This document shows, piece after piece, positions 46,391 to 56,803 of a stretch of DNA of 64,000 nt (positions within the stretch are counted from its first letter, which is position 1; each line of letters begins with the position of its first letter). Position numbers and translations under genes: made by a program. The notes beneath the pieces are model-generated. The model worked only from the letters and a program-made list of their open reading frames with translations. It ran no database searches and was not told the DNA's origin. Location: the NCBI GenBank assembly GCA_902614975.1, contig CACMND010000005.1:34765-98764 (forward strand), written 5' to 3'. This DNA comes from an uncultured Pelagibacteraceae bacterium. GTDB taxonomy: Bacteria; Pseudomonadota; Alphaproteobacteria; Pelagibacterales; Pelagibacteraceae.

Positions 46391-47407
46391 ATGAATAAAT
46401 TTAAATCAATTTATAAAGCTATTATTAGCTTAACATTTATTTTTTCATTTGTTCTTACTTCAACAGCTGCTTTTTCAGAGATAGTTGGACGATTGTCTGT
46501 TCACTGGAGTCCAAAGCACCACAGTGCAAAACATGCACAAATTTTTGCAGATGAAGTTAATAAAAGAGCAAAAGGAAAATTAAAAATAGAAGTTTATCCA
46601 TCTAAACAATTATTTGGAATTAGAGAAGTAATGGGTGCAGTAACTTCTGGTGCAGTTGAGCTTGGTGGAATTGTTGGAGTGGTAAGTTTTCCACCAATAA
46701 ACAAAAACTTTAATGTTGCCTCATTTCCAGGATTATTTAATTCATGGGAACAGCAAAGAGGTTTTTTTCAAAACTCACCAAAAGGAAAAGAAATTTGGGG
46801 TGAGTTAACAAAAAAAACTAATTCAACATTAGTAATGTATAACCCAGTTGGACCTGTAATGACTTTTTCAAGTGCTAAAGAATTAACAGGTATTGATGCT
46901 ATGAAAGGTCTAAAAGCTAGAAGACTTTTAAAAAGTGAAGAGCCAATGTGGGATGCTTTAGGTGCAAACAGAGTATCTTTACCTACTGGCGAAGTTTATA
47001 CTTCATTACAAACTGGAATGATTGATACGATCAACAGTCCTCCAGGAAGTATCGAAGCATACAGCTGGTGGGAGTTTTTGAAATACGCTCAAAAGCCTTA
47101 TCAGTATTATGCTGATGCATATATTATGGCAAACTCAACTTGGTTTAATAGTCTATCTCCAGATTTACAAAAAATTATAATGGATGTTGGTAAAGAAATA
47201 GGAAAAAGATCTACAGACTTAATTATGGATACTGGAGAAAGCACTCTTAAAAAATTCCAAGAAAGAGGCGGAGTTATTACGACGCTATCAGGAGCCGAAA
47301 AAGCTAAGTTTGATAAGCTTATGAAAGATGAAGTAATGCCAGCAATGGCTAAACTGATTGATGCTGACGCTTTAGAAGCAGCACAAGCATATGCTAAAAG
47401 TAATTAG
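46391..47407 (+). CDS. dctP: TRAP transporter substrate-binding protein (DctP family)
   Basis: 338 aa, signal peptide, DctP-family architecture, followed by DctQ and DctM; strong SD (AGAGAGGGA) upstream. Confidence 0.85.
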   Translation: MNKFKSIYKAIISLTFIFSFVLTSTAAFSEIVGRLSVHWSPKHHSAKHAQIFADEVNKRAKGKLKIEVYPSKQLFGIREVMGAVTSGAVELGGIVGVVSFPPINKNFNVASFPGLFNSWEQQRGFFQNSPKGKEIWGELTKKTNSTLVMYNPVGPVMTFSSAKELTGIDAMKGLKARRLLKSEEPMWDALGANRVSLPTGEVYTSLQTGMIDTINSPPGSIEAYSWWEFLKYAQKPYQYYADAYIMANSTWFNSLSPDLQKIIMDVGKEIGKRSTDLIMDTGESTLKKFQERGGVITTLSGAEKAKFDKLMKDEVMPAMAKLIDADALEAAQAYAKSN

Positions 47408-47435
47408 AAGAAGTTAAACTTTTTCTATAAAGATT

Positions 47436-47930
47436 ATGAGGGCATTGCGAGCTATTAATAATTTGCTAGCAAAAGCTGCAATTTCGCTCGCAATGTTCAT
47501 CGTCTTTTTAATGGTGGCAGCTTTAGCATTAAGCGCCACAACAAGATTTATCACAGGTACAGGATTTGCATGGTTTATTGAATTACCTCCCGTAATGGTA
47601 AGTTGGCTGGTTTTTCCATTGCTTGGTCCTTTATTAAAGCAAGGACAACATATTAAAGTAGATTTTTTAAGTCATTATTTATCTGACAAATCAAAAAATA
47701 TTATTGGAACAATTGTAAATTTAATAGCTCTAATTTCTGCGTGTGTCTTCTTTAAAGCAGGAGTTGATGCAACAACAATGTATTACAATTTAGGACAAAT
47801 GATGGAATTAGAAATTAATATTCCTATTTGGTGGATGTTTTTAGCATTTCCAGTTGGTTTTTTAATTTTAGGATTAACATCATTAGAACTTATTTTAGAT
47901 AATTTTAAAAAACTTTTAGGGAAAGAATAA
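47436..47930 (+). CDS. dctQ: TRAP transporter small permease (DctQ family)
   Basis: 164 aa, 4 TM helices, between the DctP and DctM genes. Confidence 0.8.
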   Translation: MRALRAINNLLAKAAISLAMFIVFLMVAALALSATTRFITGTGFAWFIELPPVMVSWLVFPLLGPLLKQGQHIKVDFLSHYLSDKSKNIIGTIVNLIALISACVFFKAGVDATTMYYNLGQMMELEINIPIWWMFLAFPVGFLILGLTSLELILDNFKKLLGKE

Positions 47931-49196
47931 ATGTTTGGATTGGCTTTTATTATTTCTCTTGTAACATTAGTTATTTCCGTTCCGATTTTTTTAGTTTTTG
48001 GTTTAGGTAGTTCACTAGCAGCTATTGCAGGATTAAATTTACCTTGGTCGGTTTTGATTCAAGTTTCATTTGGTGCATTAACGAAACATGTTCTTATTGC
48101 TGTTCCATTATTCATATTTACTGGAATGGCTATGTTGAAAGGTGGAGCTGCCTCAAGATTGGTTAAATTTACAACAACACTTGTTGGTCATTGGCCAGGG
48201 GGATTAGGTGTTGCTATGGTTATTGCAATGGGTTTCTTTGCAGCTTTTTGTGGATCTATCTTAGCTGCAATTACTGCAGTTGGAACTATCATGATGCCAA
48301 AGATGATTGAACAAGGTTACCCAACTCCATTTGTTGTTGTTCTAGCAGCTTCTGCTGCTCTTTTAGAAGCTTTAATTCCTCCATCCAACGCAGCAATATT
48401 ATTTAGTGCTCTAACTAATGTACCTGTATCAAAAACATTTGCTGCAGGTGTTATTCCTGGTCTTGTTCTCCTTGTTTTGATGGTCCTTCTAGTTTTGTTT
48501 AAATGCAGGCATATTAGAACAGATGAGAAAGCATCTTTTAAAGAAAGAGTAAGTTCTTTCATAGCTGCACTACCGGCATTGATCACCCCAGTGATTATTT
48601 TAGGCGGAATTTATGCTGGAATACTTACGCCATCTGAGTCAGCAGCTGTTGCAGGAGTTTATGCAGTACTAATTGGATTTTTAATTTATGGAGAACTAAC
48701 ATTTTCATCTTTGATGAGTTGTTTAAGGGAAACTGCTATTATCACAGCAGTAATTTTTGCAATTATAGCAACTGCTACATTCTTAAGTGTAGTTTTAACT
48801 TACACTCAGGCTCCTCAAAAAATTATTACATTCTTCACAGATAAAGGTGTTAGCGTTAATCTATTTTGGATAATGCTTGGAGCAATTTGTTTGATACTTG
48901 GAACTTTTATTGAAATAGTACCTGTATTTTATTTAACGGTTCCAATTTTTGCAGCAATCACATTATCATTTAACCAGAGTTTACTTCATCTTTATGTCGT
49001 GTTTGTTGCATTTGCGGGAATAGGAATGATCACACCCCCCGTATGCGTTGGTATTTATACAGCTGCAGGTGTTATCAAAGAAAATCCAGCGAAAGCTTTC
49101 AAAGAAGTTCCTTTATTTACAATCGTAGGAATAATTTATGGAATACTAATGATACTATTTCCAATATTCTCAACATGGTTACCTGGTAAATTATAA
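47931..49196 (+). CDS. dctM: TRAP transporter large permease (DctM family)
   Basis: 421 aa, about 12 TM helices, DctM-like blocks (PLFIFTGMAM, PPSNAAILF). Confidence 0.9.
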   Translation: MFGLAFIISLVTLVISVPIFLVFGLGSSLAAIAGLNLPWSVLIQVSFGALTKHVLIAVPLFIFTGMAMLKGGAASRLVKFTTTLVGHWPGGLGVAMVIAMGFFAAFCGSILAAITAVGTIMMPKMIEQGYPTPFVVVLAASAALLEALIPPSNAAILFSALTNVPVSKTFAAGVIPGLVLLVLMVLLVLFKCRHIRTDEKASFKERVSSFIAALPALITPVIILGGIYAGILTPSESAAVAGVYAVLIGFLIYGELTFSSLMSCLRETAIITAVIFAIIATATFLSVVLTYTQAPQKIITFFTDKGVSVNLFWIMLGAICLILGTFIEIVPVFYLTVPIFAAITLSFNQSLLHLYVVFVAFAGIGMITPPVCVGIYTAAGVIKENPAKAFKEVPLFTIVGIIYGILMILFPIFSTWLPGKL

Positions 49197-49198
49197 AA

Positions 49199-49471
49199 TT
49201 ATTGTTTTCTACTATTTAATTCATCCATCACTTCTTCAATTTTTATACCACTTTTTTCTAGATACATAATTAAGTGATATAAAACATCTGCAGCTTCATG
49301 AATTTTATTTGAGTCTTGCTCTACAGCTTCTATTAGTTCATTTATTTCTTCTAAGACTTTTTCTTTCGCTAAAGATTTATCTTCTAAAAGCTTATTAGTA
49401 TATGAGCCCTCAACAGGATTGCTTTTTCGCTCTCTTGCAAGGGTAACGAGATCTTCTAATATTTTTAACAT
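49199..49471 (-). CDS. hisE: phosphoribosyl-ATP pyrophosphatase
   Basis: MLKILEDLVTLARERKSNPVEGSYTNKLL...EAADVLYHLIMYL matches HisE. The ORF extends to 49522, but the Met at 49471 lies 1 nt after the hisF stop. Confidence 0.85.
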   Translation of the reverse strand: MLKILEDLVTLARERKSNPVEGSYTNKLLEDKSLAKEKVLEEINELIEAVEQDSNKIHEAADVLYHLIMYLEKSGIKIEEVMDELNSRKQ

Positions 49472-49472
49472 A

Positions 49473-50225
49473 CTAAATTCTAACAGGTATATCTTTTGAA
49501 GCCAAATATTGCTTAGCTTCACTTACTGAATAAGTGCCATAATGGAATATAGATGCTGCTAAAACAGCACTTGCACCTGATTTTATTCCATCTACTAAAT
49601 GATCTAGTGTTCCAACTCCGCCTGATGCAATAACTGGAATATTGACCATGGATGATATCTTTTGCATTAATTCAATATCGTATCCAGATTGAGTTCCATC
49701 TTTATCCATAGAGGTCACAAGAAGTTCTCCTGCCCCACATTTCTCCATTTTAGATGCAAATTCTAATGCATTTATGCCGGTTGGATTTCTTCCTCCATGA
49801 GTAAAAATTTCCCATCCATCATCTTTTCTCTTTGCATCGATTGCAACCACAATGCACTGTGATCCAAATTTTCTTGAGCTATCTTCAACTACTTTTGAAT
49901 TTTGAACAGCTGCTGTATTTATTGATACTTTATCAGCTCCACAATTAAGTAATTTGTTAATATCATCAATATTTCTGATACCACCACCAACTGTTAAAGG
50001 TACAAAACATTTCTTAGATGTTTTCTCTACTACTTCATAAATAGTATCTCTATTTTCATTTGAAGCGGTAATATCTAAAAAACAAATCTCATCTGCGCCA
50101 CCGTCACTATAAATCTTCGCTTGTTCCACTGGATCTCCTGCATCTTTAAGATCAACAAAGTTAATGCCTTTTACAACACGACCATTTTTAACATCTAAAC
50201 AAGGAATAATTCTATTTTTAAGCAT
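49473..50225 (-). CDS. hisF: imidazole glycerol phosphate synthase cyclase subunit
   Basis: 250 aa; [33 protein letters not shown] motifs. Confidence 0.95.
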   Translation of the reverse strand: MLKNRIIPCLDVKNGRVVKGINFVDLKDAGDPVEQAKIYSDGGADEICFLDITASNENRDTIYEVVEKTSKKCFVPLTVGGGIRNIDDINKLLNCGADKVSINTAAVQNSKVVEDSSRKFGSQCIVVAIDAKRKDDGWEIFTHGGRNPTGINALEFASKMEKCGAGELLVTSMDKDGTQSGYDIELMQKISSMVNIPVIASGGVGTLDHLVDGIKSGASAVLAASIFHYGTYSVSEAKQYLASKDIPVRI

Positions 50226-50937
50226 CTATTTCTTTTGCAAGCTCATCTAACTTTATATCTCCATCGTATATAGCTTTCCCGACTATTACACCTTCGATAT
50301 TATTTAAATTTTTAGCTTTCTTAATATCATTAATTGATGAAACACCTCCAGATATAACTACTGGACAATTTGAAATATCTGCCACTTTTTGTGTTTCTTC
50401 AAAATTAGGACTTTGCTTAGTTCCATCTCTATTAATATCTGTGTAAATAATCCTGCTAACTCCATACTCATTTACCTTTTTTAAATATTCAGTTGTTAGC
50501 TTGTCAGATTCCTCTGTCCATCCTGAAATCACAAGATGACCATCTTTAGCATCTAAACCTAATGCAATTTGACTTGAAAATTTTTTACAAGCTTCTTCTA
50601 AAAATCTTCTTTCTTTTATGGCAGCACTTCCCAAGATAACTTTTTCAACACCGGCATCAATATATTTTTGAATGGTTTCAAAATTTCTTACTCCACCTCC
50701 TATTTCTATTTTGAGGTCAAATTTTCCAATAATATCTTGAATAATATCAATATTAATTGGCTCCCCGGTTAATGCACCGTCCAGATCAACAATGTGTAAA
50801 TTTTTAAATCCATTTTGTTTATATTTTCCCGCTTGCTCCACGGGAGATATTTCATATTCAGTTTTATTTTCAAAATCTCCTTTGATTAATCTAACGCACT
50901 TTTTATCTTTGATATCTATTGCAGGAAAAATTTTCAT
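50218..50937 (-). CDS. hisA: 1-(5-phosphoribosyl)-5-[(5-phosphoribosylamino)methylideneamino]imidazole-4-carboxamide isomerase
   Basis: 239 aa; [38 protein letters not shown]. Confidence 0.95.
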   Translation of the reverse strand: MKIFPAIDIKDKKCVRLIKGDFENKTEYEISPVEQAGKYKQNGFKNLHIVDLDGALTGEPINIDIIQDIIGKFDLKIEIGGGVRNFETIQKYIDAGVEKVILGSAAIKERRFLEEACKKFSSQIALGLDAKDGHLVISGWTEESDKLTTEYLKKVNEYGVSRIIYTDINRDGTKQSPNFEETQKVADISNCPVVISGGVSSINDIKKAKNLNNIEGVIVGKAIYDGDIKLDELAKEIDA

Positions 50938-51065
50938 TTTAACTTTACCTTAGCATAACTAGACATATTCATATTGTTTAAATTATCTTTCTTATTTTTT
51001 TTTAAATTATTTGGGTTCTGGCATGCAAATAACAGAAAAAATATTATTAATAAGTAATTTTTCAT
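50934..51065 (-). CDS. candidate 43-aa lipoprotein mini-ORF between hisH and hisA (not in ORF track)
   Basis: Own translation: [43 protein letters not shown]. It has a lipobox-like LFAC after a hydrophobic h-region. The ATG is 1 nt after the hisH stop, and the TGA overlaps the hisA ATG (ATGA). Confidence 0.45.
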   Translation of the reverse strand: MKNYLLIIFFLLFACQNPNNLKKNKKDNLNNMNMSSYAKVKLK

Positions 51066-51066
51066 T

Positions 51067-51693
51067 TTACAAATTTATAAAATTATTAATTATTTTAAGA
51101 CCAGTTTTATCACTTTTTTCAGGATGAAACTGGGTCCCAAATATATTGTGTTTTTCTACTGCACAAACTATATTTGATGCATAATCAGTTGTTGCTGCTA
51201 TGACTGAATTATCATTAGGAACGAATTCATAACTGTGAACAAAATACATATGAGAATTGTTTTCTATATCTTTAAAAATTTTACTATCTTTAACAATATT
51301 TATTTGGTTCCAGCCAATATGAGGAAGTTTAAATTTTCCGTTTTGATTATCAATTTTAGATACCTTACCAGAGATCCAACCCAATCCTTTTGTTTCAACC
51401 TCTTCATAACCAATATCTGCAAACATTTGAAGTCCTACGCAAATTCCTAAGAGAGGTTTTTTATTATATAACGCAAACTCGCTTAGAGTGTCTATTAAGC
51501 CATTTATGCCATTTAAACCGTCTATACAGCTCTTAAAGGATCCCTGCCCTGGCAATACTACCTTATCACTAGATTTAATTTTATTTAAATCTGAGGTTAC
51601 TTCGATATTAACTTTATTTTTAGCAACTTCCTTAAAGGAGTTAATTACAGAGCTAATATTACCCGATTTATAGTCAACAATTGTGACGTCCAT
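51067..51693 (-). CDS. hisH: imidazole glycerol phosphate synthase glutamine amidotransferase subunit
   Basis: 208 aa; LPGQGSF, catalytic Cys in LLGICVGLQM, FVHSY, QFHPEKS. Confidence 0.95.
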   Translation of the reverse strand: MDVTIVDYKSGNISSVINSFKEVAKNKVNIEVTSDLNKIKSSDKVVLPGQGSFKSCIDGLNGINGLIDTLSEFALYNKKPLLGICVGLQMFADIGYEEVETKGLGWISGKVSKIDNQNGKFKLPHIGWNQINIVKDSKIFKDIENNSHMYFVHSYEFVPNDNSVIAATTDYASNIVCAVEKHNIFGTQFHPEKSDKTGLKIINNFINL

Positions 51694-51698
51694 TAATT

Positions 51699-52289
51699 TT
51701 ATAAAGAGCCTTTTGTCGAAGGTATAGTACTTTTATTCCTTGGATCGAGTTCTAATGCAGCTCTTAAAGTTCTAGCTAGTCCTTTATAGCAAGACTCTAT
51801 GATGTGATGACTATTATCACCATAAATATTTTCAACGTGCAAAGTAATTCCTGCAGCTTGTGAGAATGCTTGGAACCATTCTTTAAACAATTCCGTGTCC
51901 ATCTCACCAAGTTTTTCAACTTTTAATTTTACGTTCCATATCAAATAAGGTCTGTTTGAAACATCTATTGCAACTCTTGTCAGTGTTTCATCCATCGGTA
52001 ATAAAATGTGAGCATATCTTTTAATACCTACAAATTTTTTTGAAGCTTTCTTTAAACATTCCCCGATAGCAATTCCAGTGTCTTCCGTTGTATGGTGAAG
52101 ATCAATGTGTGTGTCACCTTTAGCTTTAACAGTTAAATCCATAGATGAGTGTTTAGATAACTGCTCGAGCATGTGATCTAAAAAACCTATTCCTGTGTCA
52201 ACTTTGTACTTACCTTTGCCATCAATATTAAGGTCAACACTGATATTGGTTTCTTTTGTTTTTCTGGCTATTTTTGCTTTTCTTTTCAT
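51699..52289 (-). CDS. hisB: imidazoleglycerol-phosphate dehydratase
   Basis: 196 aa; [31 protein letters not shown] motifs. Confidence 0.95.
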   Translation of the reverse strand: MKRKAKIARKTKETNISVDLNIDGKGKYKVDTGIGFLDHMLEQLSKHSSMDLTVKAKGDTHIDLHHTTEDTGIAIGECLKKASKKFVGIKRYAHILLPMDETLTRVAIDVSNRPYLIWNVKLKVEKLGEMDTELFKEWFQAFSQAAGITLHVENIYGDNSHHIIESCYKGLARTLRAALELDPRNKSTIPSTKGSL

Positions 52290-52344
52290 AATTTAAATTA
52301 GGTATATAGGTATTTTTGATTATATCAATAATACTAAACCTGGA

Positions 52345-52373
52345 CTTGAACTATTTAAATTCATATCCATTTA
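52345..52373 (+). promoter_or_regulatory. candidate sigma32 (RpoH)-type heat-shock promoter of hslVU
   Basis: CTTGAA-N14-ATCCATTTA, compared with the E. coli sigma32 consensus CTTGAA-N13-15-CCCCATNT. The -10 ends 6 nt before the hslV ATG, and no SD is visible. Confidence 0.35.
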
Positions 52374-52379
52374 TAGTCT

Positions 52380-52895
52380 ATGACAACAATAGTGCTTGTA
52401 AGAAAAAATAATGACGTAGTTGTGGCTAGTGATGGTCAAGTTAGCATGGGTAATACTGTAATTAAGAAAACTGCTAACAAAGTTCGTAAAATTGAGAAAA
52501 GAAATGTGATCGCAGGTTTTGCAGGATCAACAGCAGATGCCTTAACATTGTTTGAAAGATTAGAGTCAAAGCTTGAAAAACATGCGGGTAATCTGACAAG
52601 AGCTGCTGTAGAATTGGCAAAAGATTGGCGTACTGATAAATATTTAAGAAGATTAGAAGCCTTGATGGCAATAGGTGATAAAGAAAAAAGTTTTATAATT
52701 TCAGGAACCGGGGATGTTTTAGAGCCAGAAGGTGATGTAATAGGTATTGGTTCAGGTGGAAATTATGCTTTAGCAGCTGCAAAGGTATTAATGGATACTG
52801 ATATGTCTGCAGAAGAAATTGCAAAAAAATCTATTAAAGTTGCATCAGATATTTGCGTATTCACTAACAATAATTTTAGTATGGAAAAAATATAA
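52380..52895 (+). CDS. hslV: ATP-dependent protease subunit HslV
   Basis: 171 aa; MTTIV with catalytic Thr2, [16 protein letters not shown]. Confidence 0.95.
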   Translation: MTTIVLVRKNNDVVVASDGQVSMGNTVIKKTANKVRKIEKRNVIAGFAGSTADALTLFERLESKLEKHAGNLTRAAVELAKDWRTDKYLRRLEALMAIGDKEKSFIISGTGDVLEPEGDVIGIGSGGNYALAAAKVLMDTDMSAEEIAKKSIKVASDICVFTNNNFSMEKI

Positions 52896-54262
52896 TGGAA
52901 AAATCAAATGTAACAACATTTCCTAAAGGAAAAGTAGAAAAAGAAAAAACAATAATTACAAATTCTTTATCACCAAGAGAAATTGTATCAGAATTAGATA
53001 GATTTGTTGTTGGACAAAACAAAGCTAAGAGAGCTGTCGCAATCGCTTTGAGAAATAGATGGAGAAGACAAGCATTAGAAGATGATATGAAAGATGAAGT
53101 TCTTCCAAAAAATATTTTAATGATAGGACCTACTGGTGTTGGTAAAACTGAAATCTCTAGAAGACTTTCTAAATTAGCAGAGGCACCATTCGTAAAAGTA
53201 GAGGCAACAAGATTTACAGAAGTAGGATATGTGGGACGCGATGTAGAACAAATTGTAAGGGATTTATTAGAAATTGCAATTGCAATGGAAAAAGTGAAAA
53301 AAAGAAAAGAAGTTCATGCTCAAGCACAAAAATTAGCTGAGGATCGAGTTTTAGATGCTTTAGTTGGAAATAAAGCAAGTGTAGCAACTCGAGAAAGCTT
53401 TAGAAAGAGACTAAGAGATGGAGATTTAGATGACAATGAAATTGAAATAGCTGTTAGCGAGTCTAATCAAATGCCATCATTTGAAATACCTGGAATGCCT
53501 GGTGCAAATGTTGGAATGATAAATATTTCAGATATGCTTGGAAAATCCATGGGTCAAAAGCCAAAGAAAAAGAAAATGTCAGTAAAAGAATCACATGAAA
53601 TTTTAATAAATGAAGAATCTGACAAACTAATAGAACAAGATAAAATTATTAAATCTGCAAAAGATTCAACAGAAAATAACGGTATAGTTTTCTTGGATGA
53701 GATAGACAAAATTTCTGCAAGAACTGACAGAGTTGGTGGAGATGTATCAAGAGAAGGTGTTCAAAGAGACTTATTACCACTAATAGAAGGCACAACTGTA
53801 AGCACTAAATATGGCCCTGTTAAAACAGATCATATTTTATTTATTGCATCAGGAGCGTTTCAATTAGCAAAACCATCAGATCTGTTACCTGAATTACAAG
53901 GAAGACTTCCTATAAGAGTTGAATTAGACGCGCTAAATAGTGAAGATTTTATAAGAATTTTAAAGGAACCAGATAATAGTTTAATAAAACAATATAAGGC
54001 TCTTTTAAAAACTGAAAATGTTGATTTAGAATTTACAGAAGATGGAATAAATACAATTGCTCACATAGCAAGTGAGGTGAATTCATCTGTAGAAAATATT
54101 GGAGCAAGAAGATTACATACAATAATTGAAAGAGTGTTAGATGAAATTAGTTTTACGGCAACTGATAGAGCTGGTGAAAAAATTACGGTTGATGGTAAAT
54201 ATATCAAAGACAATATTGGGGAACTTGTAAAAGATACTGATTTATCTAAGTTTATTTTATAG
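52895..54262 (+). CDS. hslU: ATP-dependent protease ATPase subunit HslU
   Basis: 455 aa; [11 protein letters not shown], Walker [19 protein letters not shown]-domain insertion. Confidence 0.95.
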   Translation: MEKSNVTTFPKGKVEKEKTIITNSLSPREIVSELDRFVVGQNKAKRAVAIALRNRWRRQALEDDMKDEVLPKNILMIGPTGVGKTEISRRLSKLAEAPFVKVEATRFTEVGYVGRDVEQIVRDLLEIAIAMEKVKKRKEVHAQAQKLAEDRVLDALVGNKASVATRESFRKRLRDGDLDDNEIEIAVSESNQMPSFEIPGMPGANVGMINISDMLGKSMGQKPKKKKMSVKESHEILINEESDKLIEQDKIIKSAKDSTENNGIVFLDEIDKISARTDRVGGDVSREGVQRDLLPLIEGTTVSTKYGPVKTDHILFIASGAFQLAKPSDLLPELQGRLPIRVELDALNSEDFIRILKEPDNSLIKQYKALLKTENVDLEFTEDGINTIAHIASEVNSSVENIGARRLHTIIERVLDEISFTATDRAGEKITVDGKYIKDNIGELVKDTDLSKFIL

Positions 54263-54665
54263 TTTTCAAAAAAATATCAAAATTTCCTTTTGATGGACTA
54301 TTTACGGACTCAAAATCAATTTTAATGATTTTATTCATTAATTCTGGATTATTTTTTATATATTCGGGCACAGAATATTTTAAGATACCTAGATCTTTAG
54401 ACTGATAAGGATCATCTAAGTTCTTTGATCTCATACCTTTGCCAGTTATCACATTCACTTTTTTTACTTTGTTTAAATAACAATTATCAATAAATTCAAA
54501 AATTTGTTTGTTGGCTTCTTCTAAAGTAAACCCATGAAGGTCAATTGATTTTTCTAAAATTATTTGATTATTAGCATGATCAACATCTTTGCTCTGAAGT
54601 TTTTCAGAACTATCTATGAAATTTTGCCAATCTTTTTTATCTTTATCTGATAACTTATTTGTCAA
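54252..54665 (-). CDS. Smr domain protein
   Basis: 137 aa; [11 protein letters not shown] and VITGKG motifs of Smr/MutS2 C-terminal domain. Confidence 0.75.
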   Translation of the reverse strand: MTNKLSDKDKKDWQNFIDSSEKLQSKDVDHANNQIILEKSIDLHGFTLEEANKQIFEFIDNCYLNKVKKVNVITGKGMRSKNLDDPYQSKDLGILKYSVPEYIKNNPELMNKIIKIDFESVNSPSKGNFDIFLKTIK

Positions 54666-55249
54666 GCTTGAGTATCAATTAATAACCAATTTGGATTGGT
54701 AGATCTGCTATCTTTTGAAAACTTCCAAGTATCTAAGACTTTTTTTATTTTCTCTGGATCTCCCGAAACTACTTTATTATCTTTGTCCTTAACACATGAT
54801 ATAATTTCGCTAACAAACTCAACTGTTACTTCCAACATATTTTTATTTTGTTGGTGCTCCTTTACTTCAGCTGAATTTATCCCAATAAAAGTTGTCTCTG
54901 AAGAATAGCTCTTTGCATCTCTATCTTTAATCGCCTGTTCAAACTGATGATATACGTTTTTATCTAATAATGACTTTATGTCCTTTAACTTCCCATTTGC
55001 AAAATTGGTAATTATAGTTTCATACGCAATCCTTGCTCCTTTAACAAACTCTTTTTTTGCGTTTTCATCAAATGTATTTGCATTTAAGTCGATATTTTGT
55101 TTAACAGGTGGTGCCTCATGCGCAAAACTTGAATCTATATCCTCCTCAAATCCAGTTTTTTTTCCCAAAATTCCTCTTAATCTTAAAAAAATAAATCCAG
55201 CAATCATTGCAAGAAGTATGATATCGATGTATTCAAAGCTATAACTCAT
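54662..55249 (-). CDS. Tim44-like domain membrane protein
   Basis: 195 aa; N-terminal TM helix plus C-terminal Tim44-like domain (DTWKFSKD...NPNWLL); conserved alphaproteobacterial neighbour of fxsA/secB. Confidence 0.7.
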   Translation of the reverse strand: MSYSFEYIDIILLAMIAGFIFLRLRGILGKKTGFEEDIDSSFAHEAPPVKQNIDLNANTFDENAKKEFVKGARIAYETIITNFANGKLKDIKSLLDKNVYHQFEQAIKDRDAKSYSSETTFIGINSAEVKEHQQNKNMLEVTVEFVSEIISCVKDKDNKVVSGDPEKIKKVLDTWKFSKDSRSTNPNWLLIDTQA

Positions 55250-55306
55250 ATAGTTATAATATTTACTATGTTGATAATTTCAACCTGCTAATTAAATTAT
55301 AGACAA

Positions 55307-55735
55307 ATGAACACAGTATTATTTTTGATTATTGGTATTCCACTTATTGAAATTTACTTATTTATCAAAATTGGTTCACAAATAGGAGCATTTAACACAG
55401 TTTTACTAATTTTAACCACAGCTGTTGTGGGAGTTGCTTATGCTAGATACGAGGGTTTTAACACATTAAAATCTGGAATTGGTCAAATCATTAAAAACCA
55501 ATTACCTGTCTATGAGTTGGTATCAGGTGCCACTTTAGCTTTTGCTGCATTTCTTCTGATACTACCTGGTTTTGCAACTGATATTGTTGGAATTCTACTT
55601 ATAATACCTCTTACAAGAAAACTTATTCTTAATAAGTTTTTTAAAAGAAAAAAAAGTAATCATAACTTTGAGAAAAAAAATTACATAGATGGAGATTATG
55701 AAGATATAAGTGATGATGATGACAAAAAAATTTGA
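55307..55735 (+). CDS. fxsA: FxsA family membrane protein
   Basis: 142 aa; IPLIEIYLFIKIGSQIG...LPGFATDIVGILLIIP pattern of FxsA. Confidence 0.75.
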   Translation: MNTVLFLIIGIPLIEIYLFIKIGSQIGAFNTVLLILTTAVVGVAYARYEGFNTLKSGIGQIIKNQLPVYELVSGATLAFAAFLLILPGFATDIVGILLIIPLTRKLILNKFFKRKKSNHNFEKKNYIDGDYEDISDDDDKKI

Positions 55736-56141
55736 GATAGTTTTTAAATATATAAATGATATTTCCATAGAAATACCAGATCCAGAGACATTTATTTTTA
55801 GCCGCGATTATATAACTAAGTATTCTTTAGGAATAAACATTAATAGTAAACCAATAAAAAATGAAATGGTAGAGGTAATCACTAAATTAACATACAAAGA
55901 CCCATCATCAAATAAAAGAAAGTCACATTTTGAAATTTCTTATTCAACAGTTATTAAATTCACTGATAAAAATTTAAAAAAAAATGAACTGGAAAAAATA
56001 CTTTTATGTGACGTTCAGAATGAAATATACCCTTCATTAGAAAAAATATTTGTGAACTTAATCAAAGACTCTGGTTTTCCAGTCCTTAATTTTGAAAAAA
56101 AAGTTGATTTTGAGGAATTATATAAAAAAAAAAATAATTAA
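55710..56141 (+). CDS. secB: protein-export chaperone SecB
   Basis: 143 aa; FEIVFKYINDISIEIP opening typical of SecB; four consecutive in-frame start candidates (GTG ATG ATG ATG) overlap the fxsA 3' end. Confidence 0.8.
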   Translation: MMMMTKKFEIVFKYINDISIEIPDPETFIFSRDYITKYSLGININSKPIKNEMVEVITKLTYKDPSSNKRKSHFEISYSTVIKFTDKNLKKNELEKILLCDVQNEIYPSLEKIFVNLIKDSGFPVLNFEKKVDFEELYKKKNN

Positions 56142-56803
56142 AAAAAATTTTTTTTAAGCTCTTTTTCTAAAAATTTTTTATGTATTTTCATTTCTTCATT
56201 TGAAATTTTAATTACCTTTTTTGAATAGATAAAATTATTTAGCATTTTTGTTTTCTCTACCTCTTTATTTTTTTCAAACTGAAATATTGGTTCTTTTTGA
56301 TCTAATAAATTTATATATACTTTGGAAAGTAACTCACAATCGATTAAGGCTGTATGTTTTTTTCTTCTCGAATTATCAACTCTAAATCTTTTACAAAGTG
56401 CATCTAAACTTATTGCTGATCCTGGAAACTTATTTCTTGCTATTTCCAGAGTATCGACCACGTTTTCTCTCGCAATTATATTTCTGTTAATCATTTTTAG
56501 TTCATTATTTAAATGTCCAACATCAAATTCAGCATTATGAATGACAATCCTCTTATCTTTAATAAAATTTAAAAATTCATCAGCAATATCTATAAATCTT
56601 TTTTTATCTGAAAGAAATTCATCTGTATAACCATGAACTTTCAGAGCACTTTCAGATACTTTACGTTCAGGGTTTAAATAGGCATGAAACACATTTTTGG
56701 TTGGGATCAAATTATCTAATTCGATACACCCAATTTCAACAATTCTGTGTCCATCTTTTACCGAAAGTCCTGTTGTTTCTGTATCAAGAACTATTTCTTT
56801 CAT
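56138..56803 (-). CDS. dnaQ: DNA polymerase III epsilon subunit (3'-5' exonuclease)
   Basis: 221 aa; Exo I IVLDTETTGL, Exo II VIHNAEFDVGHL, Exo III HTALIDCELL. Confidence 0.9.
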   Translation of the reverse strand: MKEIVLDTETTGLSVKDGHRIVEIGCIELDNLIPTKNVFHAYLNPERKVSESALKVHGYTDEFLSDKKRFIDIADEFLNFIKDKRIVIHNAEFDVGHLNNELKMINRNIIARENVVDTLEIARNKFPGSAISLDALCKRFRVDNSRRKKHTALIDCELLSKVYINLLDQKEPIFQFEKNKEVEKTKMLNNFIYSKKVIKISNEEMKIHKKFLEKELKKNFF

